DNA of 64,000 bases from a virus (Duplodnaviria > Caudoviricetes): positions 26,592 through 90,591 of IMG/VR virus record IMGVR_UViG_3300021399_000130, one strand, 5' to 3'. The notes under the pieces were generated by a model. That model searched no databases, had not been told where the DNA came from, and was given only the letters and a program-made list of their open reading frames with translations. Shown here one piece after another: positions 10,174-19,283 of this stretch (position 1 is its first letter; each line of letters opens with the position of its first letter). The position numbers and the translations under genes were made by a program.

Positions 10174-12507
10174 TTAAACGTTATCTTGTATGGTCCAGTT
10201 TGTGGGAATACCATTTACACCAGTTGTCCAAGATGACATATTTGGGTTTTTAACGAATGTACCTGAAGAAGAAACATTACTTACCCAATAATTTGTACAA
10301 TAACTTGCAGAAATATCCGTTGCAAGACATTTAATGTAATTTAAACTTGTACAGCCATAGAACATACCACTATAGCAACTACTTGCCAATGTAGTAGCAG
10401 GTAATTCTGGTGCGGTTGTTAAACTTGTACAATTCCAGAACATATTACCATAACAACTATTTGCTAATGTAGTAGCAGGTAATTCTGGTGCTTTGGTTAA
10501 ACTTGAACAACCATCGAACATATTATTATAACAATAATTTGTCAATGTAGTAGCAGGAAGTGCTGGCGCTGTTGTTAAACTTGTACAATTCCAGAACATT
10601 TGATAATAACAATAACTCGCCAATGTAGTAGCAGGAAGTACCGAAGGTGTCGTTGTTAAACTTGTGCAACCATAGAACATATTACTATAACACTGATATA
10701 CCAATGTAGTAGCAGGAAGTACAAGATTTTCAGCGGAAGTTAAACCAGCACATTGATAGAATAAACGATAAAAAGTATAATTTGATGCTAAAGTGGCTGC
10801 GGTAGCAAAGTTAGTACTATCTATAAGTGACATTGTGTTGCCTTCAACTTCAAACCTCGCTGTTGTGCCACTGAAAGTATTATACATTGAAGTACCAGTA
10901 GCGTAAGTTGCATTATCACCTCTAAATTGTACAACATCACCAGCATTTACTGAAATAGTTGGTGCTGAAGTTCCTGTGTTTGAGGCAATACTGGTCCATC
11001 CTCCATCATTTTTCTTATATTGAACGGATATCGTATATTTAGTGCTATATGCTTTCCAATAAATCGTACCGGAAGAGATAATGTTGAAGGTCAAAGGTGT
11101 TTCAATAAGATATTTTTCATTCACTGTCAATGTTGCAACATTTGTACCGTCTGTGAATGTTACCGTTCCCGTTCTATTTGTGTTCTGCGTATTTGCAGTA
11201 ATGGTGATGGTTGTGTCGCCTGTACCTCCGGTGTATTGTGAAAGACCGTACCAATCATCATTTGTTGTCGCTGTCCAACTATTAAATGATGACGTAATTG
11301 TGATAGTTTTAGCGCTGGTAATTTCGCTTAAGGTAATGTTAGAGCGAGAAAGCTTGAAACCATAATCTTTAATGGACCATTTAGAAGGGATACCACTTGG
11401 TCCGCTTACCCAGTTTGCCATATTTGCATCTTTAACGAATGTACCGGTAGAAGAAACATTATTTACCCAATAATTTGTACAATTACTTGCAGAAATATCT
11501 GTTGCAAGGCATTTAATGTAATTTAAACTTGTACAGCCATAGAACATACTTCTATAACAACCACTTACCAATGTAGTAGCAGGAAGTTCAGGTGCTATAG
11601 TTAAACTTGTACAATTATAGAACATACCTTGATAACAAAAATCTGCCAATGTAGTAGCAGGAAGTTCTGGGGTCGTGGTTAAACTTCTACAAGTATCGAA
11701 CATACTCTCATAACAACTATGTGCCAATGTTGTTGCAGGAAGTACAAGATTTACAGCAGAAGTTAAACCAGTACATTGATAGAACAAATAGCTAAAAGTA
11801 TAACTTGATACCAATATAGTTGCAGTAGCGAAGTTTTCACTATCTATAAGTGACATTATATTTCCTTCAACTTTAAACTTTGCCGTTGTGCCACTGAAAG
11901 TGCTGTATCTTGAACCGCCGGAATTATAAGTTGTATTGTTTCCCCTAAACTGAACAACATCGCCAGCACTTACAGAAATACTTGGTGCTGAAGTTCCGGT
12001 ATTTGAAGTAATAGTTATCCATTCTCCATCATTTTTCTTATATTCGATAGAATTAGTATAAGCCGGATTGTTCGTTTTCCAATTAATTGTACCGGCAGAA
12101 ATAATATTGAACGTAAGTGGTTTTTTATAGTCCGGAATAGATTTATAGAAAAAAGTATATTCTGTATTATCATTTATTATAAGCTCTTCGCTATTATTTA
12201 GTGCTGTGTATCCACTAATGCCTTTAGCAATGATGGTTTCCTTAACACTCTTTCCAACATAAGCATCAACAGCATATACATCGTCCGGTGCCAACGTTTT
12301 ATTTGACCTACTTTTATAATGTACTGTTACAGTGTAACTTGTAAGGTTTTCACTGTCATTATTGGCAAATCTATAATATGCCTTTTCCTGGTCGTTAGTC
12401 CAAGCAACGCCATCAACGACTGATACGACCTTTGTTCCATCCCCACCAACGCTAGTCTGGTCGGCAATAAAGTTACTATCCAGCTTGTAATACAAAAGAT
12501 ACTTCAT
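10174..12507 (-). CDS. BspA-like LRR virion surface protein with central BACON domain
   Basis: Two beta-domain plus LRR modules separated by a BACON-like segment (TITITSSFNSWTATTNDDW...GTGDTTITITANTQNTNRTGTVTFTDG); MucBP-like N-terminal segment. Confidence 0.85.
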   Translation of the reverse strand: MKYLLYYKLDSNFIADQTSVGGDGTKVVSVVDGVAWTNDQEKAYYRFANNDSENLTSYTVTVHYKSRSNKTLAPDDVYAVDAYVGKSVKETIIAKGISGYTALNNSEELIINDNTEYTFFYKSIPDYKKPLTFNIISAGTINWKTNNPAYTNSIEYKKNDGEWITITSNTGTSAPSISVSAGDVVQFRGNNTTYNSGGSRYSTFSGTTAKFKVEGNIMSLIDSENFATATILVSSYTFSYLFYQCTGLTSAVNLVLPATTLAHSCYESMFDTCRSLTTTPELPATTLADFCYQGMFYNCTSLTIAPELPATTLVSGCYRSMFYGCTSLNYIKCLATDISASNCTNYWVNNVSSTGTFVKDANMANWVSGPSGIPSKWSIKDYGFKLSRSNITLSEITSAKTITITSSFNSWTATTNDDWYGLSQYTGGTGDTTITITANTQNTNRTGTVTFTDGTNVATLTVNEKYLIETPLTFNIISSGTIYWKAYSTKYTISVQYKKNDGGWTSIASNTGTSAPTISVNAGDVVQFRGDNATYATGTSMYNTFSGTTARFEVEGNTMSLIDSTNFATAATLASNYTFYRLFYQCAGLTSAENLVLPATTLVYQCYSNMFYGCTSLTTTPSVLPATTLASYCYYQMFWNCTSLTTAPALPATTLTNYCYNNMFDGCSSLTKAPELPATTLANSCYGNMFWNCTSLTTAPELPATTLASSCYSGMFYGCTSLNYIKCLATDISASYCTNYWVSNVSSSGTFVKNPNMSSWTTGVNGIPTNWTIQDNV

Positions 12508-12623
12508 TTCAAAACGATATTTTCTTATAAATAGTCATTGCCTCTCATAAATCGGTTTTGTTCTTCCAATACTTTTTTGTATATTAATAAAGCAGATAAA
12601 CGTTTAATTTAACATAGAGGAAT

Positions 12624-13223
12624 ATGAAAAACATTACACTTACAGAGGAAAACTTTAACAAACAGTGGGTTGCATTCTGGGGAAATATGCAGTCCGTAAA
12701 TCTTGCTGAACACTGGAATGAGGAAGAACTTAAAGAACAGCTCAAGGTTGCACCCGGTGCCCTTTCGGTCGAAACCGGTCTGGCATATCCTGGGGCCCTC
12801 ATTTGCCACATTAATCTCTTTACTTCCATCGCGGAACGCATCGCAAAGATGGTATGTGGAACATTCCCCCAGATTACGAAGGAACAGCTTATTAAGGTGT
12901 GTCTTATCCAGCACCTTTCCAAGATTGAAATGTATGAGCCCAACGATAATCAATGGGAAATCGACAAGAGGGGTATGGTCTATAAGTTTGCAGATACCGA
13001 AGGCTGCCTTAAGTTCGGTGAAAGGAGCGCACTTAATGCACTTAATCTTGGCGTAAAGCTGTCTCCGGTTGAATTCGAGGCTATCTGTTCGCTTGACAAG
13101 GACGGTGAGGAAGCAAAGAACCGCAAGTATGTAGTAAATATTCTTACAACAATCGTACGCCAGGCAAATGAACTTGCATATGCCATTGAGCGTGAGCGTT
13201 TTAACAAATTGAATGAGGAATAA
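12624..13223 (+). CDS. HD-domain-like protein with degenerate HD motif
   Basis: APGA...AYPG.LI.HI, then LIQHLSKIEMY where phage HD hydrolases have LHD(L/I)GK. Confidence 0.5.
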   Translation: MKNITLTEENFNKQWVAFWGNMQSVNLAEHWNEEELKEQLKVAPGALSVETGLAYPGALICHINLFTSIAERIAKMVCGTFPQITKEQLIKVCLIQHLSKIEMYEPNDNQWEIDKRGMVYKFADTEGCLKFGERSALNALNLGVKLSPVEFEAICSLDKDGEEAKNRKYVVNILTTIVRQANELAYAIERERFNKLNEE

Positions 13224-13224
13224 T

Positions 13225-14364
13225 ATGCAGGATATCAAACTGAATTATGATGATATAACGGTCGTGCCCGAGGCGGTAACTGATATATGTAGCCGTTCCG
13301 AGTGCGACCCTTATGACGAATACGGTTACCTGCCGATTTTTGCCAGTTGTATGTCGTCGGTAGTTTCTTTGGAAAACGCCCGTAGTTTCAATGATGCAAG
13401 AATCCGAGCCGTCATACCCAGAAGTTACTCACTTGTAAAAAGGTTCTCTTATCTAACAGAAGCCCATACGCCAAATTTCGTCGCCTTTTCTTTAAGCGAG
13501 GCAAGCAAATACTTCCACAAAGACTCTGGTATATGCCCTCCGTCAGCTATTGAAAAGGGCTGGCCATTGAAAATATGCATAGACCTTGCAAATGGGCATA
13601 TGAAATGCTTGCTTGACCTCGTAAAAAGGATTAAGGAGGATTATGGCGACAAAATCATCATAATGACGGGAAATATTGCAAACCCCGAGGCATATAAATA
13701 TTACGAAAAAGCCGGCTGTGACTTTGTCCGCGTATCTATAGGCACCGGAAACGTATGCTCCACAAGCTCAAACACTGCAGTACATTTTCCCGTATTTTCC
13801 CTTCTCAAAGAAGTGTATGAGGAAAAGAAAAAAATCGGCGGGAAATGCAAGATTATTGCCGATGGCGGTATTCACGGGTTCAGGGATATACAGAAAGCCC
13901 TCATATATGCCGATTATGTTATGATTGGGAGCCTTTTTAATAAAGCAATAGAAAGTGCCGGAAAGACAACCTATGGCACATTTTATTGGAACGTCCGTGG
14001 CAAGAAGATTGCAAGACCGCTCAAGACCCTGTTTTATTTCGGTCGCGAAGTGCCGAAGGAAAAGTACGGAGAAGTGATGTCCCTAATCAAGCAAGGAAAA
14101 CTCACGGTATGGAAAGAATTGTACGGTATGAGTTCGAAAATCGCACAAAATATTATAAATCAAGCAAATAGCATTGAAACAAAGAAACTTAAGACCTCAG
14201 AGGGGTTGCTGAAATACCAGAAAGTTGAATACGATATTGAAGGGTGGGCAGAGAATGAGACAGATTATCTTCGTTCGGCTATGAGTTATACGAATTCCAG
14301 ATATCTTGATGAGTACAAGGAAAGCCGGTGGGTGCAGATATCAAAAATCGTTTATAATAACTGA
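13225..14364 (+). CDS. GMP reductase / IMP dehydrogenase family protein
   Basis: LNYDDITVVP, IDLANGH, MTGNIANPE, VSIGTGNVCSTS, IIADGGIH...DIQKAL..ADYVMIGS, LRSAMSYT; lacks CBS domains. Confidence 0.85.
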   Translation: MQDIKLNYDDITVVPEAVTDICSRSECDPYDEYGYLPIFASCMSSVVSLENARSFNDARIRAVIPRSYSLVKRFSYLTEAHTPNFVAFSLSEASKYFHKDSGICPPSAIEKGWPLKICIDLANGHMKCLLDLVKRIKEDYGDKIIIMTGNIANPEAYKYYEKAGCDFVRVSIGTGNVCSTSSNTAVHFPVFSLLKEVYEEKKKIGGKCKIIADGGIHGFRDIQKALIYADYVMIGSLFNKAIESAGKTTYGTFYWNVRGKKIARPLKTLFYFGREVPKEKYGEVMSLIKQGKLTVWKELYGMSSKIAQNIINQANSIETKKLKTSEGLLKYQKVEYDIEGWAENETDYLRSAMSYTNSRYLDEYKESRWVQISKIVYNN

Positions 14365-14368
14365 TATT

Positions 14369-14734
14369 ATGAAACAGATAGGAACAGATTTCCATGGATG
14401 GCCGATATGTGCAATGAACCTGGGGGAAATATTGAAACGTCTCGGGTTTGTTGAAGATGATAAGACGATATCATTAGAAAAGAACGAAAAGACTGAAAAA
14501 CTGTTGGAGAGTTATCCCTGTCTTTTGATTGATGACGGAATGGGTTATGGGGTAAATCCGGAATACGTAACAGAGGTAGATACGGAGATATATGACCAGA
14601 AAATTAAGACAATTGAGGAAAAGGTCGTTTCATTGCCCCCGTTTCCGCAAGTTGATACGATAATAAACGAAGAAGAAATATCGGTTTTCAATATTTTCAG
14701 GGACGTTCCAGAAAATGATGTAGAAGACGAATAA
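14369..14734 (+). CDS. Hypothetical protein
   Basis: ATG MKQIGTDF within ORF 14306..14734, 4 nt after the previous stop. Confidence 0.65.
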   Translation: MKQIGTDFHGWPICAMNLGEILKRLGFVEDDKTISLEKNEKTEKLLESYPCLLIDDGMGYGVNPEYVTEVDTEIYDQKIKTIEEKVVSLPPFPQVDTIINEEEISVFNIFRDVPENDVEDE

Positions 14735-14758
14735 AGGTCACACTAGTGTGACCTTTTT
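14733..14758. terminator. Bidirectional terminator (perfect inverted repeat)
   Basis: AAAGGTCACAC-TA-GTGTGACCTTT between convergent genes. Confidence 0.75.
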
Positions 14759-14763
14759 CTGTT

Positions 14764-15357
14764 TTAATATCTTTTAATCAATTCTTCGTACTTGGCATCC
14801 CTCTCGTCCAGCCACATCTTCAACCACCTGGTTAGTCTCCTTCTCGAGTTAGGGCGTGTTTGTACTTCTTCCTTTTTCTTTTCCAACAGTTTTGTCCAAA
14901 CACCATCTTCGTCTTGGTAGTGGCGACCGAGGTTTCCAAAAACATCATCCTGGAAACGAACTTTCCCGGCCAGTTTTTCTTTTCTACCAATGAGTTTAGG
15001 GGTGGTTGCTGGTCTTCCGTATTTCTTTTCAATACGTTCATCATATTCCATATCCGCTAAACTAGTCTCTCTACTGGTTTTCTTTGACTTTTGTGTTCCT
15101 GCGTCACCCTGGAAAAATCTACTTACGGTACCGGTGATGGTGTCTTTTCCCATTGCAATGTCGCTGGTCTTCTTTACAATATCTTGCCCAACGAGGCTAG
15201 GTGCGATAAGACCTTTTGCACCGAGTTTTGCCGTATTCCACGCTGCGTTCTTAATACCTTGCCAAAAACCTTCATTGATTACATTAGAAACCTCTTCCAT
15301 CACTATTTTATTAATGATGGAGTGGAGTTCGCTTTCTTTTAAGATGTATTTTGTCAT
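14764..15357 (-). CDS. Putative internal head protein with N-terminal tag
   Basis: MTKYILKESELHSIINKIVMEEVSNVINE|G leader. Confidence 0.65.
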   Translation of the reverse strand: MTKYILKESELHSIINKIVMEEVSNVINEGFWQGIKNAAWNTAKLGAKGLIAPSLVGQDIVKKTSDIAMGKDTITGTVSRFFQGDAGTQKSKKTSRETSLADMEYDERIEKKYGRPATTPKLIGRKEKLAGKVRFQDDVFGNLGRHYQDEDGVWTKLLEKKKEEVQTRPNSRRRLTRWLKMWLDERDAKYEELIKRY

Positions 15358-15359
15358 AA

Positions 15360-15806
15360 TTATTTTCTGGCTCCAAGACCGAGGAATCCCCCGTTATCTA
15401 CCCCAATAGGGTCCCATTTCTTATCTACGAGTTGTCCAAGTCCATAGCCACCCATAGTAGAAGCTGCCTTAACTATGATTGAACCAATAGGTCCTTTAGG
15501 CTCGATACCAATCTTTGCAAGAAGCTTCTCCAACACTGGTGCTAAAAAATGTCCAAGGATGGCACCCACAATACCTTCAGCACTTATCCCCTGGCGTCCC
15601 TGTTGTTGTTTGTTGCTCTGGCCGCCAATTCCAAGTAAATTATTGAGCCAATCCATAACTCCTTCGTCCATCATACTTTCTTCCAGGGCTTCGTTTATGC
15701 TTTCTTTTAAAAGGCTGTTTTCCCTATTTTCGTTCATAAGAGCCTTCCTAACCTCAGATTCTATATATTCACGCATCTGTGCTTCATTTAAAACTTTCTG
15801 TGCCAT
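15360..15806 (-). CDS. Putative internal head protein with N-terminal tag and hydrophobic Gly-rich C-terminus
   Basis: MAQKVLNEAQMREYIESEVRKALMNE leader; late motif at 15826. Confidence 0.65.
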   Translation of the reverse strand: MAQKVLNEAQMREYIESEVRKALMNENRENSLLKESINEALEESMMDEGVMDWLNNLLGIGGQSNKQQQGRQGISAEGIVGAILGHFLAPVLEKLLAKIGIEPKGPIGSIIVKAASTMGGYGLGQLVDKKWDPIGVDNGGFLGLGARK

Positions 15807-15903
15807 TTCTTTAAACTAGTTTTCATATAAATATCTTATAAAACACAAAATTTGACTTTTATGCACTTATGGATTACTTTTTAATAAGAAAGTATAAACG
15901 ATT

Positions 15904-16152
15904 ATGGAAATAAAAAACATGAATTTTATGGAACTTGTTGCTGCAGAACAAGCCTCAAATGCCGTACGTAAAAATTATGAAGACAAGGTGGCAATGAACA
16001 GATATAATTTTAATACCACGGAAACAGTTCGAGATATAGAAAACAGAGAGTTATCACAAAAGCTTTCAATGGTGAATGCGGTGAGGATTAAATTACTGGC
16101 CGAAATGGAAAATAAACTCTTAGCACTTGAAGATAATGAACAACTTTTTTAA
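15904..16152 (+). CDS. Hypothetical protein
   Basis: 82-aa ORF downstream of a TTGACT promoter-like sequence near 15852. Confidence 0.65.
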   Translation: MEIKNMNFMELVAAEQASNAVRKNYEDKVAMNRYNFNTTETVRDIENRELSQKLSMVNAVRIKLLAEMENKLLALEDNEQLF

Positions 16153-17131
16153 AAAAATTAAACTAAATGTTACACTCTTTTTCCATGGACTGATGCAGGG
16201 ATTAAGGAGTGCTGATTCTGCAATGCTGTCGCAAGTAAGCGGTGAAGACAGTGATGACCAGGAAATTTCTCACAAACTCGAGATAAACAACGTATATAGC
16301 GACCTTCTACGGGAGCAAAAGACGCAAGAAGCCCTGGAACTTATCGACAAGTCTTACAGAGTAGCAAGGGAGGCTGATAAATATGAGGTTACGCTGCTCG
16401 GAGACCTTAGTGATGACTCAGTTGGTTCTGATAAGGAACTTTCTGCAATCGCTGTGAAAAAAGTGGCAATGAAATATGATAAACACCCGGAAGTTTTCAA
16501 TGAGAGAGGTTATCATGTTACTCTTATACAAGATAATAAGATGATACAAAAGGGGTCAAATTTTAATATAACCGCTGCCGCCCTAATAGAGGCCATAAAT
16601 ACAAATGGCGGTGATTTTGAACCACTTTTAGACCTTCAATATGATGGATTTACCCCCCGCTTTACTCTTCAAAACTTTGTTAAAAAGATGGTCGTTAGGG
16701 AGACGAAAGCTGGAAAGACAAAATTAGACCTTTACATATCCGCAGAAGCCGGGCAATTTACGAAAACAGATGCAATACTAATAGCTGAACTCCACAGAAT
16801 AAAGGATGCTAACCTTGAAAAAACAGATTTTTTAGACATTTCATCAGTCAGCTTCACAACAGATAAGGCATTTGGGGCGGACGATTACATTACTTACTTC
16901 TTTACAAACTTAAAATTCAAAAAGATATCAATTTTTGATAATAATTTTGTCTTAACTTTTGATGCCGGCAAATTGCAGACCGTCGATATTGTTGAAAAGC
17001 ATAAGACTGACTCATTGACCAAAAAATACGAAGAACTTGCCCCCAAAAAGAATGAAATCTCCATTGAAGACTATGGGGCAATAGAAAGAAGGCAAGAAAA
17101 ACTTAAACAAAGGGCGTTGAAAGACGAATAA
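16127..17131 (+). CDS. Hypothetical protein
   Basis: 334-aa ORF in an operon; start may be a few codons downstream. Confidence 0.75.
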   Translation: MKIMNNFFKKIKLNVTLFFHGLMQGLRSADSAMLSQVSGEDSDDQEISHKLEINNVYSDLLREQKTQEALELIDKSYRVAREADKYEVTLLGDLSDDSVGSDKELSAIAVKKVAMKYDKHPEVFNERGYHVTLIQDNKMIQKGSNFNITAAALIEAINTNGGDFEPLLDLQYDGFTPRFTLQNFVKKMVVRETKAGKTKLDLYISAEAGQFTKTDAILIAELHRIKDANLEKTDFLDISSVSFTTDKAFGADDYITYFFTNLKFKKISIFDNNFVLTFDAGKLQTVDIVEKHKTDSLTKKYEELAPKKNEISIEDYGAIERRQEKLKQRALKDE

Positions 17132-17184
17132 TGCTTGACAATGTTATGGCTGGCATTTATATTTTTAAAGAAATTAAAAAAGAA

Positions 17185-17787
17185 ATGAAAATTGCAATAG
17201 ACCTTAATGATGTTGTGAGGGATTTTACATATAACTTTCTAATGTATTATGTAAAGGGCTACAATCATCAGTTTGAACCGGAGGAATTCAATGAAACAAC
17301 AAACGATATGGAACTCGCACTGCCTTTTAAAACAACCAGGGCGTACGAAAAGTTTGTTTATGAGGATTACCCGTTCGAATTATTTGGAAAATGCCCGACC
17401 TGCACAAAAAAACTGACTGAACAATTAAACGAATGGACGGAACAAACTCTGAAAGAGATTGATACGGACGAGCCCATAGAAGCTATGTTTGTTTCAACAA
17501 TGGAATACGGGGCGTCAATTGGGAATACATACTTCTTCCTTTCTAAACTCGGTACAAAAATTAGAGAAGCGTATTTACCAGCCGATTCAAGCACCATCTG
17601 GGATAAGTGTGACGTACTGATAACAGCAAACCCTTCACTACTTAATTCTAAACCAGAAGGTAAAATTACGATTAAAGTTAATAAGGAGTATAATAAGGAA
17701 TGCCCGGCTGATTTTTCCTATGAAACGCTTAGCATGTTCCTTACTGACGAGAATATAATTGAAAAACTACTTGAAAATGTTAAATAA
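17185..17787 (+). CDS. HAD/NT5C-like 5'-nucleotidase-fold protein with degenerate motif I
   Basis: MKIAIDLNDVVRDF (DxN instead of DxD) within ORF 17131..17787. Confidence 0.55.
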   Translation: MKIAIDLNDVVRDFTYNFLMYYVKGYNHQFEPEEFNETTNDMELALPFKTTRAYEKFVYEDYPFELFGKCPTCTKKLTEQLNEWTEQTLKEIDTDEPIEAMFVSTMEYGASIGNTYFFLSKLGTKIREAYLPADSSTIWDKCDVLITANPSLLNSKPEGKITIKVNKEYNKECPADFSYETLSMFLTDENIIEKLLENVK

Positions 17788-18139
17788 CAAATACGCACTA
17801 ACCTTTGACGGAAAATATTACAAGCTCAACATTGCACGAATCAACAAGTTTTGTCTGGTATCTAGCGGTAAGAATAGCAGTGAAGGTGAAATTACCGAGG
17901 CCTACGAGTATGATGAAAATGGTGAATTCCGCTTAACCTCAAAGATAAACAGGGAAATCACTTCAACAGGGAACAGCCAGGAAGATATGATTGTCTATGA
18001 TTTTGTAAAGAGCCTGGTTGCAAAAATACTCGACAGCAATGTAGATACTATAGATACAGAAAAACAAGTTGATTTCGGCTTCGCTATGGCTTTTAATACG
18101 TTGCTTGCCGAAGGAATGATTGAAGAAATAACAGAATAA
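17777..18139 (+). CDS. Hypothetical protein
   Basis: ORF overlapping the previous stop, operon context. Confidence 0.7.
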   Translation: MLNNKYALTFDGKYYKLNIARINKFCLVSSGKNSSEGEITEAYEYDENGEFRLTSKINREITSTGNSQEDMIVYDFVKSLVAKILDSNVDTIDTEKQVDFGFAMAFNTLLAEGMIEEITE

Positions 18140-18151
18140 CAATAATATACA

Positions 18152-19282
18152 ATGGCAGAATTGAATAAAGAAGAAATGATAAGAGTAGTTGAAGAAAACA
18201 TTAAGAAATCGGAAAACAAGTCCTTCAACGTATTCTTTTTCGTAATTGACACAAAGGGAAATCCGTCAGGCTCCCTTGAATATATTTATCGCACAGCCCT
18301 GACATTAAAGAAACTCGGCTATAACGTGGCTATGCTGCACCAGGAAGAGGAATTTGTCGGTGTTGGAGACTGGCTCGGAGAAGAAGCCGCCAATCTCCCT
18401 CATCATAATATCGAAAAGGAAAATGTGGAAATTTCTGCCAGCGATTTTCTTTTCATTCCAGAAATCCTGTCGTCAGTAATGTCCCAGACTAAGACGCTCC
18501 CATGCAAGAGGGTTATCATAATGCAGAACCATAACTTCTTCGCCGACTTTATGCCCGTAGGAGTTACTCCGTTTGACGTAAATATTAACGAGATGGTAGT
18601 AACGACAAACGCCCTTAAAGACATTGTTGATGAATATTTCCCTGGTATTAAGACACATATTGTACGTCCTATGATTGACCCGGTTTTCCGCAACAATGAC
18701 ACACCAAAGAAGCTCATCATCAATGTAGTTTCAAGGAACCAGGACGATATCAGCAGGATTGTTAAACCTTTCTATTGGAAATACCCTGTTTATAAGTGGG
18801 TTTCATTCCGTGACCTTCGTGGCGTTACTCAGGAAGTCTTTGCTGATGCACTCAGGGAAGGGGCAATTACGATTTGGATGGATGAGATAAGCGATTTCGG
18901 GTATTCAGCACTTGAGGCCGCAAAGTCAGGCTCTATCGTAATAGCAAAGGTCCCCGCAACCCCTACAGACTGGACATATGTACATGAGGTGACCGAAGGC
19001 GGAGAAAGTAATGGTCTTAATCCAGCATTTATCTGGTTTGATGATATACGCCGTGTTCCGGATATGGTTGCCAGTGTCGTTAGAACTTGGACACTTGATA
19101 GGGTACCGCAGGAGCTTTACGATAATCTTGCAAAGGCCGCTGACGACTACACATATGACGCACACAGGAAAGACGTGGAGAAGGAATATGTTACGGGCCT
19201 ATTTGCCAAGCGTCTCTCCGATTTCAAGGAGGTTCTTGCCCAGATTAAGAATAATAAATTGACACCTAATGATTTAAAGTAA
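18152..19282 (+). CDS. Glycosyltransferase, GT-B fold (GT4-like)
   Basis: PSGSLEYIY N-terminal motif; C-terminal EISDFGYSALEAAKSGSIVI resembling the GT4 ExFG..xxEA motif. Confidence 0.65.
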   Translation: MAELNKEEMIRVVEENIKKSENKSFNVFFFVIDTKGNPSGSLEYIYRTALTLKKLGYNVAMLHQEEEFVGVGDWLGEEAANLPHHNIEKENVEISASDFLFIPEILSSVMSQTKTLPCKRVIIMQNHNFFADFMPVGVTPFDVNINEMVVTTNALKDIVDEYFPGIKTHIVRPMIDPVFRNNDTPKKLIINVVSRNQDDISRIVKPFYWKYPVYKWVSFRDLRGVTQEVFADALREGAITIWMDEISDFGYSALEAAKSGSIVIAKVPATPTDWTYVHEVTEGGESNGLNPAFIWFDDIRRVPDMVASVVRTWTLDRVPQELYDNLAKAADDYTYDAHRKDVEKEYVTGLFAKRLSDFKEVLAQIKNNKLTPNDLK

Positions 19283-19283
19283 T

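Noticed and set aside
623-12507. Diversity-generating retroelement or CRISPR array as the source of the repeats
   Set aside because: The repeats are in-frame LRR codons. No reverse transcriptase, non-coding template repeat, cas gene or repeat-spacer array is visible in this window.
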